A stretch of 55,877 nt of DNA, from the IMG/VR virus record IMGVR_UViG_3300050132_000092, positions 1-55,877 of that record. One strand, given 5' to 3'. Source of the stretch: a virus (Duplodnaviria > Caudoviricetes). Below are positions 16,730-24,966 of this stretch, piece after piece. Both the position numbers and the translations under genes were made by a program. Position 1 is the first letter of the stretch; each line of letters starts with the position of its first letter. Under the pieces are notes generated by a model. That model was not told where the DNA came from and searched no databases. It worked only from the letters and a program-made list of their open reading frames with translations.

Positions 16730-16793
16730 ACATAACCATAACGTTCCAGAGGGATGCCGTCAAGCGGCTCAACTCGTACCCCGTTATATTTCT
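16730..16793 (+). other. attC-like site whose right 38 bp duplicate 16458-16495
   Basis: ACATAAC...GCCGTCAAGCGGCTCAACTCGTACCCCGTTATATTTCT. Confidence 0.65.
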
Positions 16794-17278
16794 GATTCCA
16801 CTATTTCGAATACTGCCTTGATTGCTTCCCGCGCTGTTGCTGCTGTGCCGGATTTCGACCAGATAGCAATGCTGATCATTTCAATGCATTCCTTTGCAGC
16901 CTGTTTTCGTGCTGCATTGATTGCCTGCCGTATTTCTACCTCCACGCAATCCAGAGGGTCGCCACTATCACAACCGGAAGAATCCGCACCGTACTCAGTG
17001 TGCAACCATTCCAAACGCTCACACCATCGATTTTGCTCATCATCTTCGCATTGGCCGCAACTTTGGTTTTCCTTCAATCGCTCGTTTTCTGTTTGAATCT
17101 GTATCACTTGCGTTTCCAAAAACACGATCCTGTCAGCGGCCTGCAAAAGTAATGGCTCACCTTCGTTTAATGCAGCCTGTAGCAGTGCGTTCTTTTGTTG
17201 CAAGTTGATCACTTGTGCCTGGATATGGCACGTCATAGTACCGCCAAAGGGCTTGACTGCTTCACATATTAAGCTCAT
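16784..17278 (-). CDS. coiled-coil hypothetical protein (cassette 6)
   Basis: GGAGG RBS; TAA in the GTTA core; DSSGCDSGDPLD motif. Confidence 0.7.
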   Translation of the reverse strand: MSLICEAVKPFGGTMTCHIQAQVINLQQKNALLQAALNEGEPLLLQAADRIVFLETQVIQIQTENERLKENQSCGQCEDDEQNRWCERLEWLHTEYGADSSGCDSGDPLDCVEVEIRQAINAARKQAAKECIEMISIAIWSKSGTAATAREAIKAVFEIVESEI

Positions 17279-17406
17279 TCGTTTTCATCCTCCCAGTTGT
17301 CACACTCTAGACATGTCAGTTGATAGCCACTGCCGACATTGTTTATGTCAACATCGTCGCTTCCGCATTTGAGACAAATAACTTGGAATTTTTTGAAGTA
17401 GACCAT
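17275..17406 (-). CDS. 43-aa zinc-ribbon protein (cassette 6, not in the ORF track)
   Basis: CLKCGS...CLEC; AAGGGGG RBS; ATGA overlap with the next gene. Confidence 0.6.
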   Translation of the reverse strand: MVYFKKFQVICLKCGSDDVDINNVGSGYQLTCLECDNWEDENE

Positions 17407-17419
17407 TGTTCCCCCTTAC

Positions 17420-17483
17420 GAAATATAACAAATCGTAGCAGCAGGCGATGAAGCCCGCTGCTGTTCAGCTAAATACGTTCTAC
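17420..17483 (+). other. terminal attC-like site
   Basis: GAAATATAAC matches GTTATATTTC at 16783; hairpin; ends GTTCTAC. Confidence 0.68.
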
Positions 17484-17657
17484 TGCCCTTAGATTGTTAA
17501 TCCTGTTTGCGATATTACACGTCGGCTCCGGCACTGACAGCTTCTCGGCGCAGGATTTATGCAAAATTCGCAGATGGCCATCTACCGTCACCTCTGCAAA
17601 GTGATTACCCCTTAACTGCTTGCCACAACTCCAGCAGAATCTCACGTGGGGATTCAT
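17469..17657 (-). CDS. small zinc-binding hypothetical protein
   Basis: CWSCG...HKSC; ATGA overlap. Confidence 0.6.
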   Translation of the reverse strand: MNPHVRFCWSCGKQLRGNHFAEVTVDGHLRILHKSCAEKLSVPEPTCNIANRINNLRAVERI

Positions 17658-17881
17658 AACTTACACCCCATCAGCACCAGTTCGCGCATAAAGTCACCGA
17701 TACTGTCACAGCCGCTGGTCTGGTATGCCGCGCTGACCGCAGCCAGTTCTCCGTCACTGTAGCGTTGCATCAGCCGGTGACGGCGGCTGTCGGGCTTACT
17801 GGAACCTACCGGCCTACCGGCTCCTGGACGTGTGCCACCTCGGTGTGGCGGTGTGCTGTCATACTGTGTAGCGATGGTCAT
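17654..17881 (-). CDS. small DNA-binding protein (AT-hook-like GGxRPGAGRP plus RHH-like region)
   Basis: RGGTRPGAGRP motif; AGGAGG RBS. Confidence 0.6.
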   Translation of the reverse strand: MTIATQYDSTPPHRGGTRPGAGRPVGSSKPDSRRHRLMQRYSDGELAAVSAAYQTSGCDSIGDFMRELVLMGCKL

Positions 17882-17918
17882 CTGGTAGCCTCCTAGCAGT
17901 TAGTTAGTTGTTCTGATG

Positions 17919-17965
17919 TGTAGTGTACAGTAATTTGATATGTTGTCAATAGTTATTTTGCACCC
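17919..17965 (-). promoter_or_regulatory. leftward promoter reading into the cassette array
   Basis: TTGACA-16 bp-TACACT; the context GGTGCAAAATAA..ATTGACA also occurs at ~13626-13646. Confidence 0.55.
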
Positions 17966-17970
17966 GCCGG

Positions 17971-20322
17971 TCAGCCCGTACCACTCTGACCCCACGCCTG
18001 ACCGGCGACACTGGCACCAGTCTGAGCGTCCAGATACCGGCGCGTTATATCCGACGCTGACGTAACCTGTGCCAGCAGACCGTCACTACGCACGTACAGT
18101 CGAGGTTTACCGCCTTCCGGCAGACTATTGTGAACACGACCATCCGGCAACGCCTGAGTCAGCACGTAGCCGAGCGATTTCATAATCTCCTTGTATTTAT
18201 TCGGGCTGATGTTCTTGCGACCGTCGAACAGCCGTGACAGCGCCGAGCTGCTGACGAATCCTCCGGCGAATCCTGCCGATCCTTGCGCGATCATCTCCAC
18301 GATAGTCTGCTCGACTACACCCAGACTGGCAACCATCGCCTCGTCGGTGGAACTGGTGCGTGGCGCTCGCTGACAACTGGTGGCAGGGTTTAAAGCGTCC
18401 GGTATGGCGTAGCCCCGCAAATAATGGTTCACCACGGCGTTGCCGCCCGCAAACAGCCAGTCGTACAGTTCGGGAAAATATGAACCGCTCATGCCGTCGC
18501 GCTCCAGGTCGCCCACTTCCTGCTGCCCTGTATAGAATATAGCGTAGCGGCGGTCGGTGCCGGTCTTGCGAATCGCGTCTTTATGGTTGCTGAACAGAAT
18601 AAAATTAGCGCGGTTATCGCCGGTAATCTGGTTGGCTCCCTTGCCCTGAAAGCCGATCCGTTTATTCGTGATCATCGGTTTGAGTGCTTCGATCAGGCTG
18701 CTGCGGTCGTTGGTGTAGACCTCTTCGATGCCGATCAGCAATTTGCCCTGTAACCACGAGTTGAATTTATTGTCGATGTCCTGCGCGTTCGGCAGATCGA
18801 CGTAACGATCACCGATACAATGCGACAGCACTGTGCTTAACATCGACTTACCGTTGCCCTCCATGCCGATCAGTAACGGTGCCCATTGAAACTTGACGCC
18901 CGGATACTGCACGACCGCCGCCATGTAAGCCAGCATGATCGCGTAGTCGTCGGGGTCAGGTAGCATCTGAGCGAGGTGTGACAGGAACCGTGACGGGTCG
19001 CCGGGTTTAATTTCGGTAATCACCGGCATGTAAGTATTAACCATGCGCCGTCCCTGTTCAGTTATCACCGCGCCAGGAGCGCATTCCGGTCTGAAACAGG
19101 TGCTAGCTACTTTGGGAAAGGTGAAGGTGCGCGACTCGGTAAACGCTTCCCAGGCGTTCTTGGTGCCTTTACTGTTGCCCTCTTCGACCATGAACTCATA
19201 GCCGCCATACATCACCCTGAAGCGCCCTTGGTCAAGAATCTCGCCGGTCGGACAGAATACACCGTGGTCAGATGTCACGTAGACGCAACCACGGAAATGC
19301 TGTTGCTGGCCGGTAATGGTCAATATCTGCCCGCCGCCCCGGTATTCGCCTGCCGGTTCATCGGGACGGAGCGCCGGTGCTTCGGTTGGCGGTAAGACGG
19401 TCGGGCCGGTAGCCGGTTCGTCAGCCAGGTGTTCACCGTAGACCGCCGTGCTGGACTTGCCGAATTTACTGATGGTGAGCTGGCCGTAAGTGCGACCGCC
19501 ACCCGCCGACCGGTCCCATTTGTCACGCATCAGGCCCGACTGGCGGAACAGCCGGTCGATGCGGTCACAGTCTCTGCCGGTCCAGAAGCTGAGGTGGCTG
19601 ACCAGCGCGGCGTCGGCTTCGGATTGGCCGTCAGGATCGCAGATACCAGCCCACAGATCGGCAAGCGGAATGGCTGCTGAGAACGGATTGCCACGACTGG
19701 TTAACATGCGTGTTATGAGGGTCGGATCGTCGAGGGGGCCGTGGTAGGCGGGGTCATGTGTGGTAGTCCAGTCTGAAGGCTGTACGGAACTGCCGACTGG
19801 AAAATAGTTTTCTGTGAGCCAATTAATCTGTTGGTCGGCTATGTGCGACATACTGCCGGTGCCGTTGACGAGCGCACAGAACCTTTTACTGGTATAATAT
19901 TCTAACCCCGAATTGTGAATATCGCGGGTGCGGTGTTCTGACGGCGGTGTGGACAGACTGCCGATGATGTGAAGGCCATTACCGGACGAACTGGTTTCAA
20001 TGTAGCATCCGGCAAAATACCGGCAGAGCTGCGTGGCGAGCGGCGACCAGGTGCCGTCAAGCTGGAGGGCGTTGTCGATGTCTACAAAGAATAGATTGTC
20101 TTGCTCGGTGAACGTCAGGCCGACACCATGACCGATACCTGACGCGACCACAGCCTGCGCGTCGGTGTACGACATCCAGATAGCAGGATCGTGGGCGTCA
20201 TGTGCCTTGCCGGTGAGCGGGTGGATAGTTATTTTATCGGTCTTGCCTGGTCGGGTGGCTGAGGGCCGGATGACATAGACGACGTATTGCCGGTGTTGCG
20301 ACACTATGCGCCCGCCACTCAC
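17971..20322 (-). CDS. primase-polymerase (NrS-1-like) fused to an SF3/DUF5906 helicase
   Basis: FVDID, ETSSSGNGLHI, DRLFRQSGLMRDKW, Walker A GMEGNGKS. Confidence 0.88.
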   Translation of the reverse strand: MSGGRIVSQHRQYVVYVIRPSATRPGKTDKITIHPLTGKAHDAHDPAIWMSYTDAQAVVASGIGHGVGLTFTEQDNLFFVDIDNALQLDGTWSPLATQLCRYFAGCYIETSSSGNGLHIIGSLSTPPSEHRTRDIHNSGLEYYTSKRFCALVNGTGSMSHIADQQINWLTENYFPVGSSVQPSDWTTTHDPAYHGPLDDPTLITRMLTSRGNPFSAAIPLADLWAGICDPDGQSEADAALVSHLSFWTGRDCDRIDRLFRQSGLMRDKWDRSAGGGRTYGQLTISKFGKSSTAVYGEHLADEPATGPTVLPPTEAPALRPDEPAGEYRGGGQILTITGQQQHFRGCVYVTSDHGVFCPTGEILDQGRFRVMYGGYEFMVEEGNSKGTKNAWEAFTESRTFTFPKVASTCFRPECAPGAVITEQGRRMVNTYMPVITEIKPGDPSRFLSHLAQMLPDPDDYAIMLAYMAAVVQYPGVKFQWAPLLIGMEGNGKSMLSTVLSHCIGDRYVDLPNAQDIDNKFNSWLQGKLLIGIEEVYTNDRSSLIEALKPMITNKRIGFQGKGANQITGDNRANFILFSNHKDAIRKTGTDRRYAIFYTGQQEVGDLERDGMSGSYFPELYDWLFAGGNAVVNHYLRGYAIPDALNPATSCQRAPRTSSTDEAMVASLGVVEQTIVEMIAQGSAGFAGGFVSSSALSRLFDGRKNISPNKYKEIMKSLGYVLTQALPDGRVHNSLPEGGKPRLYVRSDGLLAQVTSASDITRRYLDAQTGASVAGQAWGQSGTG

Positions 20323-20663
20323 GCCTCACCGCCGACCAGCGTGAGAGCCGCCTGCTGTCTGAGTGTAATCGGTGCTTCCAGTGCGGCAGGGTGGCGGTAG
20401 GCCAGACCCTCGGCGACCACACTGAGTACGCAGGTGCGTACCGCTTCCTCCATGACGGCGTTCAGCAGGTTGTCTGCCGACTGATAGTAATGACAGACCA
20501 GAGCGTATGACACACCGGCTGACCGCGCTACGGCGGTCAATGTGATACTATCGTACCCGTCAGCGGTAGCCAGTGCAACGGCGGCGTTCAGGATGGCGGC
20601 TTTGCGTTCGGCGGGTGTGGTGCCGTAACGCGAGGGGCGGGTGGTCGGTGTGTCTGTGGTCAT
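20319..20663 (-). CDS. TetR-like HTH protein
   Basis: RKAAILNAA...ITLTAVARSAGVSYALVCHYY. Confidence 0.8.
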   Translation of the reverse strand: MTTDTPTTRPSRYGTTPAERKAAILNAAVALATADGYDSITLTAVARSAGVSYALVCHYYQSADNLLNAVMEEAVRTCVLSVVAEGLAYRHPAALEAPITLRQQAALTLVGGEA

Positions 20664-20667
20664 GGTG

Positions 20668-21411
20668 TTAGGCTCCTATACGGTTAAATGCTTCAAATAA
20701 CTTTTGTTCGTCTGTTGTCTTTCCGATAACACGATTGCCTTTAGAACCATTACATCTGCGGTGCGCTGTTTGTACATTGGCCGGTTCATGTGTACCACCT
20801 TTAGATAAAGGAAGTATGTGGTCAAGAGTAGGGTAAAACGGATGACTGTAATGTTCGTCTAAAGTAACTACCGGTTTTCCGCATAATTGACAAATCCAAT
20901 TATCCCGTGTAAATATTTCGCTTCTATATACGTGTGCTACATAAGCGTTATGTTTGCGAACACGGCGTAAGTTTCTACTACGATCACAAACGTCAGGATT
21001 GTTTAATCTCCAAAGTCTATTTCTGGCAATTATTTTTTCACGATTTTTTGTGCGGTACTCTTTATATCTTAAAAGCTGTTCTTCACGATGTTCCTTGTAA
21101 TATTTTCTACTGTACTCAATTTTCACATCTCTAATTTCGTTATATCTTCTCTTGCCTAAGAACTGTATTCTTTCAGTGTTTTCGTTCTTGTATTCTTTGA
21201 TATATTTTTTGAGTTTTTCTTCGTTCTTTAAGTAATGTTCTCTTTGATAAGTTGCCACTTTCTCTTTATTTTCAATAGCGTATTTTCTACTTCTTGCGAG
21301 ACACGCTGTCTTAGTTCTTTTGTAAGACTGTTTTTTCAATTCTCTATGGTGGTGGCACAGCGTGACACCTTCTGCCGCTTCTCTTTTACAAAACTTGATT
21401 CGGCAAATCAT
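20668..21411 (-). CDS. HNH homing endonuclease
   Basis: CQLCG...TLDHILPLSKGGTH..ANVQTAHRRCN; low GC. Confidence 0.88.
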   Translation of the reverse strand: MICRIKFCKREAAEGVTLCHHHRELKKQSYKRTKTACLARSRKYAIENKEKVATYQREHYLKNEEKLKKYIKEYKNENTERIQFLGKRRYNEIRDVKIEYSRKYYKEHREEQLLRYKEYRTKNREKIIARNRLWRLNNPDVCDRSRNLRRVRKHNAYVAHVYRSEIFTRDNWICQLCGKPVVTLDEHYSHPFYPTLDHILPLSKGGTHEPANVQTAHRRCNGSKGNRVIGKTTDEQKLFEAFNRIGA

Positions 21412-21866
21412 AGATTTAACTCGTCAGGTGAGGTAATAAAAGCAGCGTAACCACCCATTGCATTAATCAAGGTAATAAACGCCAACTGTGCTCGTTCCCG
21501 GTCAGTACCAGTATAGTGCCATCCTTTATGTTTGCACTCTAATGCGATAAACCTTCCTTGTGCTGTCAGACCTATGAGATCGGATGATTTAACTATCTTG
21601 TTGATTTTCGCGGAATCGTTTGCCAAGCCCCATCTGATTTGTCGTCCATCAATTATTCCTGCTCCAACATTATTCCGAAAAACCCTGGCAGAACGCCGCG
21701 CCGCCTCCATGCGTACCGCGTTCTGCACCGCAGCCTCACTGCTTGCCGCCTCACTGCCTGGTGCGGCTGTCTGGCTGTCTGGTGTCATGGCGGCTCCCAG
21801 ACTGGTCAGCAGGTCGGTTATGGCGGCTTGGGGGATTTGCCATCTGAGGCACCATGCGTGGATCAT
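21408..21866 (-). CDS. VRR-NUC domain nuclease
   Basis: FRNNVG, SSDLIG, FIALECK and QLAFI..GG motifs. Confidence 0.85.
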   Translation of the reverse strand: MIHAWCLRWQIPQAAITDLLTSLGAAMTPDSQTAAPGSEAASSEAAVQNAVRMEAARRSARVFRNNVGAGIIDGRQIRWGLANDSAKINKIVKSSDLIGLTAQGRFIALECKHKGWHYTGTDRERAQLAFITLINAMGGYAAFITSPDELNL

Positions 21867-22039
21867 TTGTCAGCCTTCGGACAGGTTTCCGCACAAAAAT
21901 CCTGAAAATTCTTATTTGCCTCGAGCGACTTGTAGCTTTTGCTGTTAAATATTTTTCTTATCATCGCGGCGTCTTCCTCTATAGTTGTAGGCTTTCCGCT
22001 TCCCGGTGGTGGAAATCCCCAAAACGGTGATCTGCTCAT
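21863..22039 (-). CDS. hypothetical protein
   Basis: ATGA overlaps on both sides. Confidence 0.5.
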   Translation of the reverse strand: MSRSPFWGFPPPGSGKPTTIEEDAAMIRKIFNSKSYKSLEANKNFQDFCAETCPKADK

Positions 22040-23706
22040 ATCGTAATCCCCCTCTTCTGCAATACTGACGTAATTCGTGAGCACAATTCTTCAGATTCCA
22101 GCTTACCCAACGCCTGCGCAGAAATAATATCCACACCGAACTGGTGGTAGAAAGTGCGCTGCGCCACGCGAACGTGATTACCGACAGCCTTCTGCCAACC
22201 ACCGTACCACGCCATTACTGACCGCAACTCAGCCTGTGCGTCTTGGCGTTCACGGTGTCGTTTGGCTACTGAATTGGCGACCATTTGTGATGCTCCTGAA
22301 CGCTCCATGCCGTGCTTTACTTCGTCAGGGTGTCTATCGACCTTCTGAACTTCTCCCCTCATAACCATCAGCACTGCCGGGTCAATCTCAAACATATCGC
22401 CATCAACCATGTCGGGCGACGTTCTGCCGGTAGGGACCGGTTCCATACCGCAGAACGGGCAATTTATTAGATTTCTCGGAAAAGGAGCGATACACAGTGG
22501 ATTGCAGCATATTCGCATCGGTATTACATCGGGGTCTTTTTCCTTCTTTACGGAATAATCACGCCTGTCCAGCGACCACTCGTGGGGGCGGTCGGGTAAG
22601 CCGTGGCGGATAATATTAGAAGTGTGATCAATAATCAGCGCGGTAGTCTTACCGTCAAGCAGTCTGCAACCACGACCAAATTGTTGTACGAAAAGTCCAT
22701 AAGACTGTGTGGCACGAGCCATACTGACGACTTCGATTGCCGGTAAATCAAAACCTTCCGATATGAGGTCAACCGTCACAAGTTGTAGCAGTTGTCGTGC
22801 CCTGAAGCGTCTCAATATCTCCTGGCGCACGTTGGTTGGTGTTTTAGCGGTGAGTATTTCAGACGGCACGCCCGCCGCGTTGAACATCCTGTTAAACTCT
22901 GTAGCCGTTTCAATGTCAGGCGCAAAGGTGACACCTAGTTTGCCGGGTGCAATTTTCAGATAACTTTCGGCCACATGACCCATGATTGTTGACGCACGGG
23001 TTTTTAGAGCAAGCTGTCCACGAACAAAATCACCATCAGCACCGACAGCGACCGTTGCCAGATCAAGGTCAGACGGTGGGCAGAATATGCGATAATCAGT
23101 CAGGTAGCCCGCAGTAATCAACTCACGCATTCCCGGACCCTCTATCATAATGTCAAACACACCGTCAGCACACCTGCCGAGTCCCTTGCCGTCAGCTCGC
23201 TCAGGTGTTGCTGTAACACCTAGACCACGAGCATTTGGAAACATACTGACAGCCTTTCCCCACTTATTACCAGCACCCTTACCGTCACCTATGAGATGAT
23301 GTGCCTCGTCAGTAACCCATAGAGTTACCTGCTTCAGCCATCTATCCAATTCGGTGCCGCGCCGAACCAATGTGTCCACACCTGCTACGGCACATTTTGC
23401 TGCCGGGTCGTAGAAATCCCGCCCGAACTCCAGATAATGTGATTGAATGATTGAATTAATTATGTTTTTGGGGCCGATAATGCGGTGACGAATTTCGTTT
23501 CTGGCGAGGGTGAGAGACATCTGACTGACAAGCTCCTGCCGGTGAGCAATAGCACAGCAAGCGCCATTATGTTCATTGATAATATCTGAAAATACGAGGG
23601 TTTTGCCGCCGCCGCAAGCTAGCACATATAGCACGTCCCGGTGTCCGTCTTGCCATGCTTGATATATCGCCTGCTTGTCGGAAGATTGATATGGTCTTAA
23701 TTGCAT
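22036..23706 (-). CDS. SF2 DEAH helicase
   Basis: LRPYQ, GGGKT, DEAHH, TATP, EGFDLP and QQFGRG motifs. Confidence 0.93.
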   Translation of the reverse strand: MQLRPYQSSDKQAIYQAWQDGHRDVLYVLACGGGKTLVFSDIINEHNGACCAIAHRQELVSQMSLTLARNEIRHRIIGPKNIINSIIQSHYLEFGRDFYDPAAKCAVAGVDTLVRRGTELDRWLKQVTLWVTDEAHHLIGDGKGAGNKWGKAVSMFPNARGLGVTATPERADGKGLGRCADGVFDIMIEGPGMRELITAGYLTDYRIFCPPSDLDLATVAVGADGDFVRGQLALKTRASTIMGHVAESYLKIAPGKLGVTFAPDIETATEFNRMFNAAGVPSEILTAKTPTNVRQEILRRFRARQLLQLVTVDLISEGFDLPAIEVVSMARATQSYGLFVQQFGRGCRLLDGKTTALIIDHTSNIIRHGLPDRPHEWSLDRRDYSVKKEKDPDVIPMRICCNPLCIAPFPRNLINCPFCGMEPVPTGRTSPDMVDGDMFEIDPAVLMVMRGEVQKVDRHPDEVKHGMERSGASQMVANSVAKRHRERQDAQAELRSVMAWYGGWQKAVGNHVRVAQRTFYHQFGVDIISAQALGKLESEELCSRITSVLQKRGITI

Positions 23707-23738
23707 CGGTCAGTCGGCCTCCTCATTTGGTGAAGCGC

Positions 23739-23767
23739 ACCATAGGACTAACTGACAACCGTGTCAA
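23739..23767 (-). promoter_or_regulatory. leftward promoter in the divergent control region
   Basis: TTGACA-17 bp-TATGGT. Confidence 0.55.
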
Positions 23768-23913
23768 ATGAAAAATGCAGTGTATACGAAATAATTTACG
23801 GAGCGAAAAATAAAATGTTGTGAGGTGCATTTTTATGTTGACACCCGATAGGTTGATATGATTTTATGGTCATACCGAATCACTAGAGGCAATAAATCGA
23901 GAGGGAGGTAATT

Positions 23914-24087
23914 ATGACACCATTAAAAAGAGAGATTGAAATTATCAGACTGGAAGAACGTAGAAGTCACATGGGTATGGGCAACATCGCTCAACTTTCT
24001 TCCGAAGACCGACTGACAGCACAGGCGCAGTACCGGTTAGATGTAAAAGAAATCAACAATCAGATTGCAGTGCTTCGTGCAGGCTAG
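23914..24087 (+). CDS. small hypothetical protein (57 aa, not in the ORF track)
   Basis: GGAGGT RBS; MTPLKREIEIIRL. Confidence 0.6.
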   Translation: MTPLKREIEIIRLEERRSHMGMGNIAQLSSEDRLTAQAQYRLDVKEINNQIAVLRAG

Positions 24088-24123
24088 CAACACGCCGGTC
24101 AACCCGGCCAGGAGGTATACAGA

Positions 24124-24465
24124 ATGAAATTAGACGAACTGACAATCGGTGAGGCAAAACAATTAGCACAGATGTTTAACCAGCAACCACAGCAGGTATC
24201 TGACAACTCGGCGTGGGAAATCGGCAAGAATTACCTTATCCGCACCGTTACAATGACTGATACTGGGCGGCTGGTGGCTGTCACACCTCAAGAACTTGTA
24301 CTGGAAGATGCCGCGTGGATTGCCGATAGTGGCCGATTTTCAGATGCTGTTGCAGCGGCAGAGTTCGGGGAGGTAGAGCCGTTTCCTGATGGTCGTGTTA
24401 TAATTGGTCGGGGTGCTATTGTCGATGCTGTGCAAATTAAATCAGTTCCTAGAAGTAAGAAATGA
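24124..24465 (+). CDS. conserved phage protein (DUF6948-like beta-barrel)
   Basis: IGKNYLIRTVT..TGRL...LEDAAWIADSGRF. Confidence 0.65.
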   Translation: MKLDELTIGEAKQLAQMFNQQPQQVSDNSAWEIGKNYLIRTVTMTDTGRLVAVTPQELVLEDAAWIADSGRFSDAVAAAEFGEVEPFPDGRVIIGRGAIVDAVQIKSVPRSKK

Positions 24466-24728
24466 TAGCGGCTATAGCAAGAGCAGGATTTGATTCGTCG
24501 GGGTCGGGGTCGCGGTCGCGGTCGGGGTCGGGGTCGGGGTCGGGGTCGCGGTCGTGGTCGCGGTCGTGGTCGGGGTCGTGGTCGGGGTCGGGGTCGGGGT
24601 CGCGGTCGTGGTCGCGGTCGTGGTCGCGGTCGGGGTCGCGGTCGCGGTCGGGGTCGCGGTCGTGGTCGCGGTCGTGGTCGTGGTCGCGGTCGTGGTCGCG
24701 GTCGGGGTCGTGGTCGGGGTCGGTATAA
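24462..24728 (+). CDS. Ser-Gly/Arg/Trp dipeptide-repeat protein
   Basis: ATGA coupling to the upstream gene; (TCG-BGG)n array. Confidence 0.65.
   Translation: MIAAIARAGFDSSGSGSRSRSGSGSGSGSRSWSRSWSGSWSGSGSGSRSWSRSWSRSGSRSRSGSRSWSRSWSWSRSWSRSGSWSGSV
24498..24724 (+). repeat. 6-bp repeat TCG(G/C/T)GG array
   Basis: Directly visible. Confidence 0.95.
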
Positions 24729-24784
24729 CCGCAAGTATGTAACAACCCGCCTACGGGCGGTATACCAAACAGGAGGTACACAGA

Positions 24785-24964
24785 ATGAAAGAAGGACTGA
24801 GAAAAATGAGCGACAAGCTGGCAACCGCCATCGTGGAAGAGGGTAAGTTCACCGCTGGCAACAAGTCGGCAGGCGTCAGGTTGAGGGGTCTGTTGCAGGA
24901 GATCAAGTGTTTGGCAACCGAAGTGCGGTCTGCCGTGCTGACGGCAAGCAAAGGAGGTGAGTAA
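24785..24964 (+). CDS. Hc1/histone H1-like small protein (59 aa, not in the ORF track)
   Basis: KFTAGNKSAGVRLRGLLQEIK..A.EVR; CAGGAGG RBS. Confidence 0.65.
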   Translation: MKEGLRKMSDKLATAIVEEGKFTAGNKSAGVRLRGLLQEIKCLATEVRSAVLTASKGGE

Positions 24965-24966
24965 TA

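Larger units (their letters stand above)
14632..17483 (+). mobile_element. array of six integron-like gene cassettes without integrase (CALIN-like), with inverted genes
   Basis: Cassette starts at 14632, 15224, 15681, 16178, 16485 and 16783; start and end cores are complementary in five of six. Confidence 0.78.

Noticed and set aside
14632-17483. Reading the att hairpins as simple terminators, or as attC sites on the minus strand
   Set aside because: They have no U-tracts, terminators would not explain cassette-specific end complementarity, and the extra L'' base and short left spacer place the top strand on +.
20667-21420. HNH gene as another cassette (GTTAGGC at its stop)
   Set aside because: No matching GCCTAAC or hairpin at the other end.
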